Source: Alphaproteobacteria bacterium (lineage in GTDB: Bacteria > Pseudomonadota > Alphaproteobacteria > GCA-2746255). From it: 64,000 bases of DNA. Shown here one piece after another: positions 32,252 through 41,890 of this stretch. Every line of letters starts with the position of its first letter. Within the stretch, counting starts at the first letter, position 1. The stretch covers positions 1,856,001-1,920,000 of the forward strand of contig OZ252220.1 of the NCBI GenBank assembly GCA_965249135.1. Reading direction: 5' to 3'. The notes below the pieces were generated by a model that made no database searches, had not been told where the DNA came from, and saw only the letters and a program-made list of their open reading frames with translations. Made by a program: the position numbers and the translations under genes.

Positions 32252-35079
32252 GCCGACCTCGCACTCCCTTCTTGCGCAATTTTCGTGACGACTTCGGCGC
32301 AGCGGCGGCACAGATCGTCATATTCCTTCACGGTGCCGATCTCTTCGAGGACCCTCCAGCAGCGCTCGCATTTTTTTCCCTCGGCAACATCTGGGAGGAC
32401 GGTGATCTTGGGGTGCTCCGGAAGCCGGAAGCCATCTTCTGGAGACAGACCTTCTTCGAGTTCGGCGCTGGAGGTGATGAAAAGCTCTGCCGGGTCCACG
32501 TCTTTCATCGCCGTAATGTATTCGGCTTCTACAAAGACGCGGGGTGCTGCCTCAAGCGATGAGCCGATCCGTTTTTCGGCACGCTCGATCTCAAGTGCAC
32601 CCGTCACGACTCGTCGAAGGGTGCGAACTTTCTCCCACTTCGCGGCCAGCGCGTCGTCCCGCCAGCTTTCCGGCACGTCCGGGAAAAGACGCAGGTGAAT
32701 GCTTTCCCCTGCTTCCGGGAAGCGGGCAAGCCACGCTTCCTCTGCCGTGAAACACAAGACCGGGGCCAGCCAGGCGGTCAGGCAGCGGAAGAGATCGTCC
32801 ATCGCCGTTCGCGCGGAACGACGGCGCGGACTTTCGGCAGCGTCGCAGTAGATCGAATCCTTTCGAATGTCGAAATAGAAAGCAGAAAGTTCAACCGCAC
32901 AAAAATTATGAAGGGCGATCGTGATGCCGGTGTAGTCGTAATCGGCGGCGTGTTTTCGGATTTCCTGGTCAAGCTCCCAAAGCCGGTGGTGAACCCAGCG
33001 TTCGAGTTCGGGCATGGCGGCGGCTTCGATCCGTTCGGCCTCGTCGAAATCCTTCAGGCTGCCGAGGAGGTAGCGCAACGTGTTTCGGAAACGCCGGTAT
33101 ATATCGATCTGGTGTTTCAGGATTTCCGGGCCGATCCGCAAGTCCTCGGTGTAGTCGGACGTGCCGACCCATAGCCTCAGGATATCGGCGCCATATTTCT
33201 CGACGACGTCCTGGGGCGAGACGGCGTTGCCCAAGGATTTCGACATCTTGTGGCCGTCCTCGCCAAGGACGAAGCCATGGGTCAGCACGGCCTCGAAGGG
33301 GGCCCGCCCGCGCGCGCCGCAGGACTCCAACAGCGAAGATTGAAACCAGCCGCGGTGTTGGTCGGACCCTTCGAGATAAAGGGACGCCGGCGAGGAAAGG
33401 TCCTCCCGTGTCTCCAGGACGAACGCATGGGTTGCCCCGCTTTCGAACCACACATCGAGGATTTCGTGCACGGCCTCGAAGTCATCGGAAGGGTGATCGT
33501 TTCCCAAGAAACGTTCCAGCGGACTCGTAAACCACGTGTCCGATCCTTCCTCGGCGATCGCCTGGACGATCCGCTCCATGACCTTCGGATCGCGCAACGG
33601 TTCACCGGTTTTCTTGTTGACGAAAACGGCGATCGGGATTCCCCAGGCACGCTGGCGGGAGACGCACCAGTCGGGGCGCTCGGAGACCATCGCAAACATC
33701 CGATTGCGCGCTTGTTTCGGGATCCAACGAGTCGTCTCGATGGCATCGAGCGCCTTCTTACGAAGGTCGTTCGTTTCCATGCTGATGAACCATTGCGGCG
33801 TCGTCCGGAAGATAAGCGGTGCCTTCGAACGCCACGAATGAGGGTAGGCGTGGGTCGTCTTTCCGGCCCAGAGAAGGTTTTCCGCCATCTCAAGTGCCTC
33901 GACGACCTTTGGGTCGACCTTGAAGACGTGCTGGCCGGCAAACAGTGGGACGTGATCGTAGAAGCGGCCGTCGTCCGCCACCGTGTCTGGCACCTCGAGG
34001 CCATGGCGTTGGCCGAGCGTAAAGTCCTCGTCGCCATGACCGGGCGCGGTGTGAACGAAGCCACTTCCCCGTTCCACCGTCACGTGTTCCCCAGGCAGCA
34101 GCGGCACCTCGAAATCGTAGCCTTGACCGAAGAGAGGATGCCGGAGGGAAGACCCGGCAAGGGCCTTTCCCTTGAGACGGCTTAGGACCTTATGGCCGGT
34201 GACGGCGGCGTCGTTCAGGCTTGTCTCGAGCAGCGCCTCCGCGATGAGGAGCTTTTCGCCAATCCTTGCCAAGCTTTTCTCGGCGGTGCCCGTGACTTCG
34301 ATCAATGCGTAATCGATGGCCTCGCCATAGGCCACGGCACGGTTTCCGGGAATCGTCCATGGCGTCGTCGTCCAGATGACGACACTAGCCCCCTCAAGAG
34401 CGGGGTCGGAGGCTTGCGTGATGGGAAAGCGCACATAGATTTGCGTGGATGTGTGATCGTGGTATTCGACTTCCGCTTCCGCCAGCGCCGTCTTTTCGAC
34501 GACGGACCAGAGGACCGGCTTCTTTCCCTTGTACAGCCCGCCGTTCATCAGGAACTTGCCGAGCTCCTCGACGATCTTTGCTTCCGCATCGAAGGCGATC
34601 GTTGCGTAAGGGTTCGCCCAATCGCCCAGCACACCGAGGCGCTGGAATTCGCCGCGCTGGACGTCGATCCAGTGACGGGCAAATTCGCGGCACTCTTCGC
34701 GGAAGTCGATGAGCGGGACCGCGTCCTTGTCCTTGCCGTCCGATCGATACTTTTCCTCGATCTTCCATTCGATCGGAAGCCCGTGACAATCCCAGCCGGG
34801 AACGTAGCGGGCGTCCTTGCCCTGCATTTGGGCGAAGCGGTTGACGATGTCCTTCAGGATCTTGTTCAGCGCATGGCCGATATGCAGGTGGCCGTTCGCG
34901 TAAGGGGGGCCGTCGTGAAGCAGGAAGACCTCGCGGCCTTTTGCCTGCTCGCGAAGCCGATGGTAAAGGCCCATCGCCTCCCAATGCTTCAGCAATTCAG
35001 GCTCGTGTTCGGGCAGGCCCGCCTTCATTGGAAAGGCGGTCTTGGGAAGAAAAACGGTTTCCTTGTAGCGACTGACCAT
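32248..35079 (-). CDS. ileS: Isoleucine-tRNA ligase
   Basis: LHDGPPYANG.LHIGH, GWDCHGLPIE, WTTTPWT, DWCVSRQR.WG, EGSDQHRGWF, KMSKS, C-terminal CERC/CRRC. Confidence 0.98.
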   Translation of the reverse strand: MVSRYKETVFLPKTAFPMKAGLPEHEPELLKHWEAMGLYHRLREQAKGREVFLLHDGPPYANGHLHIGHALNKILKDIVNRFAQMQGKDARYVPGWDCHGLPIEWKIEEKYRSDGKDKDAVPLIDFREECREFARHWIDVQRGEFQRLGVLGDWANPYATIAFDAEAKIVEELGKFLMNGGLYKGKKPVLWSVVEKTALAEAEVEYHDHTSTQIYVRFPITQASDPALEGASVVIWTTTPWTIPGNRAVAYGEAIDYALIEVTGTAEKSLARIGEKLLIAEALLETSLNDAAVTGHKVLSRLKGKALAGSSLRHPLFGQGYDFEVPLLPGEHVTVERGSGFVHTAPGHGDEDFTLGQRHGLEVPDTVADDGRFYDHVPLFAGQHVFKVDPKVVEALEMAENLLWAGKTTHAYPHSWRSKAPLIFRTTPQWFISMETNDLRKKALDAIETTRWIPKQARNRMFAMVSERPDWCVSRQRAWGIPIAVFVNKKTGEPLRDPKVMERIVQAIAEEGSDTWFTSPLERFLGNDHPSDDFEAVHEILDVWFESGATHAFVLETREDLSSPASLYLEGSDQHRGWFQSSLLESCGARGRAPFEAVLTHGFVLGEDGHKMSKSLGNAVSPQDVVEKYGADILRLWVGTSDYTEDLRIGPEILKHQIDIYRRFRNTLRYLLGSLKDFDEAERIEAAAMPELERWVHHRLWELDQEIRKHAADYDYTGITIALHNFCAVELSAFYFDIRKDSIYCDAAESPRRRSARTAMDDLFRCLTAWLAPVLCFTAEEAWLARFPEAGESIHLRLFPDVPESWRDDALAAKWEKVRTLRRVVTGALEIERAEKRIGSSLEAAPRVFVEAEYITAMKDVDPAELFITSSAELEEGLSPEDGFRLPEHPKITVLPDVAEGKKCERCWRVLEEIGTVKEYDDLCRRCAEVVTKIAQEGSARSA

Positions 35080-35090
35080 GGTTAGGGTTC

Positions 35091-36041
35091 CTACGCGGGA
35101 TCGCCTGCCTTCGCAAGGATCGCGCGCGCCCGGGCCGCGTCCTCCTTCATCTGGTGTTTCAAGGCTTCCGCGTCTTCGAAGGTCGCATCCTCTCTCAGGT
35201 AGTCGATCAACTGCACCCGCAGGTGCTTCCCATAGAGGTCGAGGGTTTCATCGAAGAAGTAGACTTCGAAAAGCAGGGTCGTGCCCGCGAAGGTGGGCCG
35301 TGTCCCCAGATAGGCGACGCCTTCCTGCCAGGCCGTGTCCTTTCCTTCGTCGATGCCGGCACGAACGGCGTAGATGCCCGGTTTCGGCTGCAAATGGTCG
35401 CCAAGGGCGATGTTCGCGGTCGGAAAGCCGAGTTCGCGCCCAAGGCCACTGCCGGCCTCGACGCGGCCCTCGATTTCCCAATAGCGACCGAGCAGCGAGG
35501 CGGCCTCTGCCGGTGCGCCGTTCTGAAGAAGGGTACGGATCTTCGTGGACGAATAGGCCTCTCCCCCCTCCGTCACCGGGCCTACCGCCGTGTAAGCAAA
35601 GCCGAAGCGCTTGGCCAGCGTTTCGAGCATCGCTGAATCGCCTTTCCGTCCCTCGCCAAACCGGAAATCGTAACCGGTCACGACATGGGCGACCTTCAGG
35701 TCCTCGGCAAGGATTCGGCGAACGAAGGTTTCTGCCGACCAGGCAGCGAAGGTGGCTTCGAAATGCTGGACGATCAGGAAATCGATACCCAGCGACTCAA
35801 TGGCGCGTGCCTTGTCACGAAGGGACGTGAGTCGGAAAGAGGGTGCATCGGGGGCAAAGAAGCTTCGCGGGTGCGGCTCGAAGGTTAGAACGCCGGAAGC
35901 GGTGGAAAGCGATTGTGCCTGCCGTATCGTCTCTTCGAGGACGGCCCGATGGCCAGGATGCACGCCATCGAAATTGCCGAGCGCAATCGTGGACCCCAGA
36001 ACTTCGGATGGAACACCGGACGTGTGGCGTAGGATTCGCAT
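35091..36041 (-). CDS. ribF: Bifunctional riboflavin kinase / FAD synthetase
   Basis: GNFDGVHPGH, TFEPHP, GYDFRFG, SSTKIR, GRELGFPTAN, PGIYAV. Confidence 0.96.
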   Translation of the reverse strand: MRILRHTSGVPSEVLGSTIALGNFDGVHPGHRAVLEETIRQAQSLSTASGVLTFEPHPRSFFAPDAPSFRLTSLRDKARAIESLGIDFLIVQHFEATFAAWSAETFVRRILAEDLKVAHVVTGYDFRFGEGRKGDSAMLETLAKRFGFAYTAVGPVTEGGEAYSSTKIRTLLQNGAPAEAASLLGRYWEIEGRVEAGSGLGRELGFPTANIALGDHLQPKPGIYAVRAGIDEGKDTAWQEGVAYLGTRPTFAGTTLLFEVYFFDETLDLYGKHLRVQLIDYLREDATFEDAEALKHQMKEDAARARAILAKAGDPA

Positions 36042-36055
36042 CGACGGCCACTCCT

Positions 36056-36496
36056 CTAGGAGGCGCCAGACGCTTTCGCGTTTACCATGACGACGGCTTC
36101 GCCGTCGATGACAAGCGTTTCTCCGACCAGGCACTCCGTCTTCAGGTGAACACGTTTCTTTTCCGGCAGGATCTCCGTGATCGTGGCCTTTGCCAGAACG
36201 GTATCCCCGACCTTCACCGGTGCCTTGAATTTCATATTCTGGCTTAGATAGATACAGCCGGGACCGGGGAGCTTGGTGCCGATCACCGTCGAAATGAAGC
36301 TTGCCGAAAGCATGCCATGGGCGATGCGTTCTTTGAACATCGTCTGGCTGGCAAATTCCTGGTTGAGGTGGATCGGGTTCGTGTCACCGGAGATGCCGGC
36401 GAACAGGATGATGTCCGCATCGGTGATCGTCTTCGCGTAAGAAGCGGACATGCCGACGGAAAGGTCCTCGAGATAGTAGCCGTGAAATTCATCCAT
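36056..36496 (-). CDS. MaoC family dehydratase (PhaJ-like (R)-enoyl-CoA hydratase)
   Basis: FAGISGDTNPIH, RIAHGML, GTKLPGPG, FKAPV.VGD. Confidence 0.92.
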   Translation of the reverse strand: MDEFHGYYLEDLSVGMSASYAKTITDADIILFAGISGDTNPIHLNQEFASQTMFKERIAHGMLSASFISTVIGTKLPGPGCIYLSQNMKFKAPVKVGDTVLAKATITEILPEKKRVHLKTECLVGETLVIDGEAVVMVNAKASGAS

Positions 36497-36617
36497 ATAC
36501 CGGGTTCCTAGCGGGGGCCCTGGGCGTACCAGGACAGTTTATGACGCGGTGCAATATATCGAAGGCCCTTGGCTCCGGCAAGGCGAGCACCAGATCCGCG
36601 CCTGGCTGGCAAGCGCG

Positions 36618-36633
36618 GTTAACCCGAGGTTAA
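36618..36633 (-). promoter_or_regulatory. CtrA consensus box TTAA-N7-TTAAC (perfect)
   Basis: gTTAAcccgaggTTAA at 36618-36633, in the divergent intergenic region 45 nt upstream of ORF 36678. Confidence 0.7.
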
Positions 36634-36677
36634 GCGAGTGGGGCGTAAGCTTCTTGGCTTCAGGCAAGAGGCGTCGC

Positions 36678-36923
36678 ATGAACGAGATCAGCAAACATCA
36701 CGTGCCGAGGATCCCTCCGAGGATTCCGAAAGTTCGGGAATATGTCGAGATTACGATGCAGGATGGAACGGTCCTTAAAGGGCACGTCTTCATCGAGGCG
36801 ACGATGCGAATCCAGGATTTGCTGAACGACATCCATCACTTCTTTCCCTTCATGGACGATGGCGAAAAGGTTCATCTCATCAGTAAGGCTGCCGTCGCCC
36901 GTGTGCGTCCCTACGACGATTGA
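36678..36923 (+). CDS. Small conserved-looking hypothetical protein (DUF6812-like)
   Basis: VEITM.DG..L.G.VF.....RIQDLLND...FFPF.......LISK pattern; AGAGG upstream of ATG. Confidence 0.65.
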   Translation: MNEISKHHVPRIPPRIPKVREYVEITMQDGTVLKGHVFIEATMRIQDLLNDIHHFFPFMDDGEKVHLISKAAVARVRPYDD

Positions 36924-37744
36924 GATTCATCCCTTCGCCAGCTTCCCAGGCGGTTTTCCGCCACCTGTCTACGAAAAGGGATGGCAAGCAAGTTGCCAAG
37001 GTCGAGCTTCCGCGCCTCCCGATAGGGCGTAAGCCCGATCTCCATCGCGAGATGACCTTTCGCAGGGGACTGCCGGTAGGTGCCGCAGAGTCGATCCCAA
37101 ACGGAAAGCGAAAAACCGAAATTCGTGTTCGTTTCCGAAGCGTTCGTCGAGTGGTGCACACGATGCATCTCAGGCGTCACGATGAAGAAGCGCAAGACGC
37201 GTTCCAGTTTTGGAAAGATGCGCACGTTCCCATGATTGAAAAGGGATGTGCCGTTCAGAATCACCTCAAAGATAATAACGGCCCACGGGTCGGCACCAAT
37301 TGCCGCTACCAGCGCCACTTTATAGACAAGCGAGATAAGGATATCGATGGGGTGAAAGCGAATGCCAGTCGTCGTATCGAAATCCATGTCCGAGTGGTGG
37401 ACCTGATGCAACCGCCAGAAGATGGGAAGGGCGTGCGAGACGATGTGTTGAAGGTAAATCGCAAAGTCGAGGAAGACGACCGCCGCTGCGATCTCGATCC
37501 AACTGGGCCAGTTAAGAAGGTTCAGAAGACCCCAGCCCGCGCCTTGGGCATAGACGGCCATGGCGTAAGCCGCAGCCCCCAGAGTGAAGCGCACGACAAG
37601 GATGTCGATAAGTAAGATGCCCAGATTCGCCGTCCAACGTTTTCCCCTCGACTGGCTTAAGGGACGGCGCGGCGCGAGCACCTCCCACAACGCCATGACG
37701 GCGAAGATCGCAAAGAAGACACCGAGTCGGATCCAGCCTTCCAT
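36911..37744 (-). CDS. Sterol desaturase / fatty acid hydroxylase family protein
   Basis: His boxes YLQHIVSH, LHQVHHS, RFHP, FNHGN, MHRVHHS, NFGFSLS.WDRL.GT. Confidence 0.92.
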   Translation of the reverse strand: MEGWIRLGVFFAIFAVMALWEVLAPRRPLSQSRGKRWTANLGILLIDILVVRFTLGAAAYAMAVYAQGAGWGLLNLLNWPSWIEIAAAVVFLDFAIYLQHIVSHALPIFWRLHQVHHSDMDFDTTTGIRFHPIDILISLVYKVALVAAIGADPWAVIIFEVILNGTSLFNHGNVRIFPKLERVLRFFIVTPEMHRVHHSTNASETNTNFGFSLSVWDRLCGTYRQSPAKGHLAMEIGLTPYREARKLDLGNLLAIPFRRQVAENRLGSWRRDESQSS

Positions 37745-37879
37745 TGGTTTTAGCTCCAAGAACTCTTCCAATGTGGGTTTATCCTAGGTTCTTGGCAAGG
37801 TTTCACCGAAGGAAGGATGACGCCGAGAGGCAAAACAGGCAGACTGTCGTCCGGAACAGAGGGAAAAGAGCTTCCGCCT

Positions 37880-38920
37880 ATGACGGATTTACTCCGCAAT
37901 CTCTGGTACTTGGCGTTGCCGGCAAGGAAGGTGCGCCGCGGGGGCACCTTTGCGAAGGTGGTGCTGGGCGAGCCGATCCTGTTCGGACGCGATCGCGAAG
38001 GGAGTGTCTTTGCGCTTCATGACATCTGTCCCCATCGGGGCATTCCCCTAAGCGACGGCAGTTTCGATGGCCGTGAAATCATGTGCTGCTATCACGGCTG
38101 ACGATTCGATACGGAAGGCCGCTGCACGGAAATTCCCTCCCTCGTCGAAGGACAAAAACTCAATCTCTCACGCATCAGGGTTCGTCGCTATCCGTGTCGG
38201 GAGGTGCAGGGCAATATCTGAGTTTACATGAGCGATGGGGAGAAACCGAAGGACGACCTTCCGGAGGTGCCACGGGTTCCGGTTGTCGGCGAGGTTTTAC
38301 AGAAGGTGCAAATCGCCATGGATTTTGCTTGCAGCATCGACCATGCCGTCGTCGGGCTCATGGATCCGAGCCACGCACCTTACATTCATACTTCCTGGTG
38401 GTGGAAGTCAAAGAAACAGCACCAGCTTCAGTTGAAGGAAAAACGCTTTGAGCCGGCACCGATGGGATTCCGCATGGCGCGCCATCCAAATCCCCGTGGT
38501 GGTCAGGTCTATCGACTGCTGGGAAAGAACGTGACGACGGAAATCACCTATGCGCTCCTAGGTGTGCGGATCGAGCATGTGGAAGGGGATCGCCATTCGG
38601 TTCTTAGCCTGACGGCGGTCACGCCGTTGATGGACTCCGAGACCGAGGTGCACCAGTGCCTTTACTGGACGATGCCGCGGCTAACTCCCTTCACGCCGAT
38701 CGTTCGGAAGCTGGCACGGACATTCTTAGGTCAGGACCATGACGTCGTCGTGCAACAGCAACGCGGATTGCAATTCAATTCCTCTCTCATGCTGATCGAC
38801 GACGCGGATACCCAGGCGAAGTGGTACTACAAACTTAAAGGGGAATACCTTGAGAGCGAAGCGGAAGGACGCGCCTTCGTCAACTCGGTTGAAGCGCGGA
38901 CACTTCGCTGGCGAAGCTAG
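37880..38920 (+). pseudogene. Rieske non-haem iron oxygenase alpha subunit interrupted by two in-frame TGA codons (38099-38101, 38219-38221)
   Basis: One continuous frame: LRNLWY...DICPHRG...CCYHG*RFDTEGRCTEIPSL...VQGNI*VYM...GLMDPSHAPYIH...TLRWRS; both stops sit where Trp is conserved. Confidence 0.85.
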
Positions 38921-38929
38921 TCTATCTAA

Positions 38930-39457
38930 TTACGCCTCACCGGACGTTGCCACTCGCCGGTACGCCTCAAACGTAGCTTGGTCGAAACAAACGAGGCATA
39001 CCCTTTCAATCGCGCCTGAGCGGCGGAGATACTCGCTTACTACGCGAAGCGCGATCTTCGTGGCACGCTCCAGAGGAAAGCCGAAAATACCGGTGCTGAT
39101 CGCCGGAAAGGCCAGGCTTGCGAGGCCGTGGGCCTCGGCAAGCTTGAGGCTGGCCCGATAGGCTTCCTCGAGCAGGCGATCCTCGTCCGCCTCGCCCCCC
39201 TGCCAGACGGGCCCCACCGCGTGGATGACGTGTTTGGCGGGCAGGCGATAGGCATGTGTGATCTTTGCATCCCCCGTTGCACAGCCGCCAAGGGCGCGAC
39301 ATTCCACTCCCAGTTCCGGACCGGCCGCCGCATGGATGGCACCGCATACCCCACCGCCGCGGTGCAACTGGTTGTTCGCCGCGTTCACGATTGCGTCCAC
39401 GTCGAGCTTCGTGATGTCGCCCTCGATGATTTCGATCCGGCCATCGAGCAACTGCAT
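38930..39457 (-). CDS. Macrodomain protein (O-acetyl-ADP-ribose deacetylase, YmdB-like)
   Basis: GDIT, DAIVNAAN, GGGVCGAIH.AAG, VIHAVGP, AFPAISTGIFGFP. Confidence 0.94.
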   Translation of the reverse strand: MQLLDGRIEIIEGDITKLDVDAIVNAANNQLHRGGGVCGAIHAAAGPELGVECRALGGCATGDAKITHAYRLPAKHVIHAVGPVWQGGEADEDRLLEEAYRASLKLAEAHGLASLAFPAISTGIFGFPLERATKIALRVVSEYLRRSGAIERVCLVCFDQATFEAYRRVATSGEA

Positions 39458-39461
39458 GCGC

Positions 39462-41741
39462 TTAAGGAGAGAGCGTCGTTTTGTGAGGAAACGTGCGTTT
39501 CACCGTCTCGATGCGCAACGGCACGCGATGGGTGCGACCCGCCCGCCAAATCGGCACTTGGTCCTGGAAGGTCGAGCTCTGAAACCAGCCGTCCTGACCG
39601 CCAAGGAGAACAAAATCATTGTGATCGGGATCCGCAAGGTCCGAAACGTGCCGTGCGTTCGAGCCGTAACGCGCCTCATGGCGCTCGTTCGTGACGCCAT
39701 GGGCCGTCTTCATGATCGTTTGTGAACTCCCTGGTGCGGGCCAATCGGCAAAACGATACTTGCCGCCAAACAGCGGCAGGTAACGGAGCGGATGCGCAAG
39801 CCTGAGCCGATGCATCTCGCCCCACGTTTCGAATTGCTCGGCATCTTCGGTGGCACGGCGCAGGGCCTCACCAAGATCCGCTGCGAGTAGTTCGGGGTCT
39901 TCCTTATGGATGTCTTCTTCTAGCAAGGATTTCACGAGGACGAGGCGAGAGCAGTTTGCCTTTTCCTCATCCTTGAAACGGCGGCTATAGAAAAGATCCT
40001 GAAAATGATAAAGGAAGATTTCGAATGCGACCGCCCCTTTCGAATCCACATCGTAGTTTCCATCCCAGCCTCGGAGGCGTTCGATAAAGTTTTGCGCGTC
40101 CATTTTCAGTGATGCCGCGGCATTTAAGCGAGCAATCTTCTTAAGGAAGAGTTGGCGAAGGGCGATGGAAGATGTCATATGAACGTCGCGTTGAATGCGA
40201 TGAAGGTCTTCGGCGTCCAGTTTCTCGCTTGCGTTCAAGAGGCTGGTGATCCGGTCCACCCTGTCATCGGATGAAAAGAAATAGCCGACCGGTACGTTCG
40301 TTTTCGTCGGGCGGTTGTTCGCAGAAGCAAGGATTCCTGCGGGCGGGTCCAGGCTTGCCGGTAGATCCGACGCATCCCGAAAATCCTGCCAGGCCTTTAT
40401 CGCCGTACCCTTCGGATCGAGGAGAAGGTCCTTCGGCGCCTCCTTCGGCCGAACCGGCAGTTTCACCGCCATCACTTGACCGATATGGCCGTCGACGTCC
40501 GCATAGAGCATGTTCTGGCCCGAAACCGCGAGACCGGAAAGCGCGTCTCGGAACCCCTGAAAATTTTGAGCGCGATTTAGCTTGAGCATCGCAGTGACTT
40601 CGTCGCTCGGTGCATGTCCAACCCATTTCAGCGCAAAGGCGGGGCCATCGTCGTATTCGAGAATGGGGGCGTCTGAAAGTAAAGGTCCATAGGGCGTTTC
40701 TCGCAACACGACGTCGCGATCAAACCACCAACGCACGCGAATATGCTCGACGCGCTCCGTAATTTGCGATTCATCGAGAGCAGAAACGTCGAAAAGATCG
40801 CTGCTGGCGGCACGCATGTTCGTTCCGCCCCAAGCGATTCGCTCGTTTCGGCCGATGATCAGGAAAGGAAGTCCCGGCACCATCAAGCCGACGGCATGGT
40901 AGGAAGGGGACCGATAGCCGGCGATCAACCACAAATTCGGTAGCATAATGCCGAGATGTGGGTCGCTCGCAATCATCGCCGCACCCGTTTTGCTGCGCCT
41001 TGAAGAGACGGCGAAGCTGTTGCTGCCGGAACGGCTGACACTCTGTAATAGCTCGGAAAGCATATCAAAGGGGGCGGCCGTAAAGCTTGACCTTGAATCG
41101 CTGCCCTCCCCTAGCAGACGTGCCCATACCTGCGGCCAGTCTTCATGCGAACGAAGCTTTAAGAGTTGGAACCAGACGAACCAGTTCACATCACTGGCGG
41201 CAAGCCGTCCAATCGTCAGCACGTCACGGACCTTCCAGGGCTCGCGTGGTATCCCAAGGGCGGTGTATTCGTGCGGCAGTGTCTCAACGTTTACCTGGTA
41301 GTGATTGATGCCGTCGACGTAAGCCTCAAGCCAATGCTTCGTGGTCGCTGGCAGGCTCGCCTCGATCGTCGGGGCCGCCCGGCCGAAATTCAAGATGCGC
41401 AAGGAATGGTCGATGTCCGTCGCAATGGGGCCCACCATCTCGGCGATTCGTCCATGGGCGATCCGCCGCAAGACTTCCATCTGGCCCAGACGGAGATGGG
41501 CGTGCATCAAGCCAAGGGTGAAGGCAAGGTCCACGTCCGTCTTCGCCTCGATGAAGGGGATATGATGGTCGTTCCAATGGATGACGACCGTCTTCTCGAG
41601 AGGCAGGCCCTTCGTCGGGAAATGGGAGAGCCGTTCCTCAAGGGTGGATTCCGGCGGCAATGGCGCGAGCAGCGCACAACCGGCAAGAAGGCCGAAGGCC
41701 AAAATGAGACAGAAGAAACGAGAGAAGACCGTTTGCAGCAT
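39462..41741 (-). CDS. Penicillin acylase family Ntn-hydrolase, lipoprotein
   Basis: Lipobox LLAGC, HIPFIEA, RLGQME, GSNSFAV (nucleophile Ser), ASDPHL, QNMLYAD.DG.IG, SANN. Confidence 0.92.
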   Translation of the reverse strand: MLQTVFSRFFCLILAFGLLAGCALLAPLPPESTLEERLSHFPTKGLPLEKTVVIHWNDHHIPFIEAKTDVDLAFTLGLMHAHLRLGQMEVLRRIAHGRIAEMVGPIATDIDHSLRILNFGRAAPTIEASLPATTKHWLEAYVDGINHYQVNVETLPHEYTALGIPREPWKVRDVLTIGRLAASDVNWFVWFQLLKLRSHEDWPQVWARLLGEGSDSRSSFTAAPFDMLSELLQSVSRSGSNSFAVSSRRSKTGAAMIASDPHLGIMLPNLWLIAGYRSPSYHAVGLMVPGLPFLIIGRNERIAWGGTNMRAASSDLFDVSALDESQITERVEHIRVRWWFDRDVVLRETPYGPLLSDAPILEYDDGPAFALKWVGHAPSDEVTAMLKLNRAQNFQGFRDALSGLAVSGQNMLYADVDGHIGQVMAVKLPVRPKEAPKDLLLDPKGTAIKAWQDFRDASDLPASLDPPAGILASANNRPTKTNVPVGYFFSSDDRVDRITSLLNASEKLDAEDLHRIQRDVHMTSSIALRQLFLKKIARLNAAASLKMDAQNFIERLRGWDGNYDVDSKGAVAFEIFLYHFQDLFYSRRFKDEEKANCSRLVLVKSLLEEDIHKEDPELLAADLGEALRRATEDAEQFETWGEMHRLRLAHPLRYLPLFGGKYRFADWPAPGSSQTIMKTAHGVTNERHEARYGSNARHVSDLADPDHNDFVLLGGQDGWFQSSTFQDQVPIWRAGRTHRVPLRIETVKRTFPHKTTLSP

Positions 41742-41890
41742 CGTTGCTTGCCACCATCTCCCTTGGGCATGTCAGGCTTTTAAGGGTGTCATTATAGGAG
41801 GAAGCAGGTGGGGTGTTCGACCTTTCAACGGATTGTGAAAGCGGCCGTCCGCCATCTGGGAGTAGGCTTGAAGATGGAGAGAAAATAAAA

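Noticed and set aside
38099-38221. Selenocysteine or genome-wide UGA=Trp code
   Set aside because: Both sites align to Trp, not Cys; many genes here terminate at TGA (for example dapD, pmbA, cysH) and use TGG for Trp.
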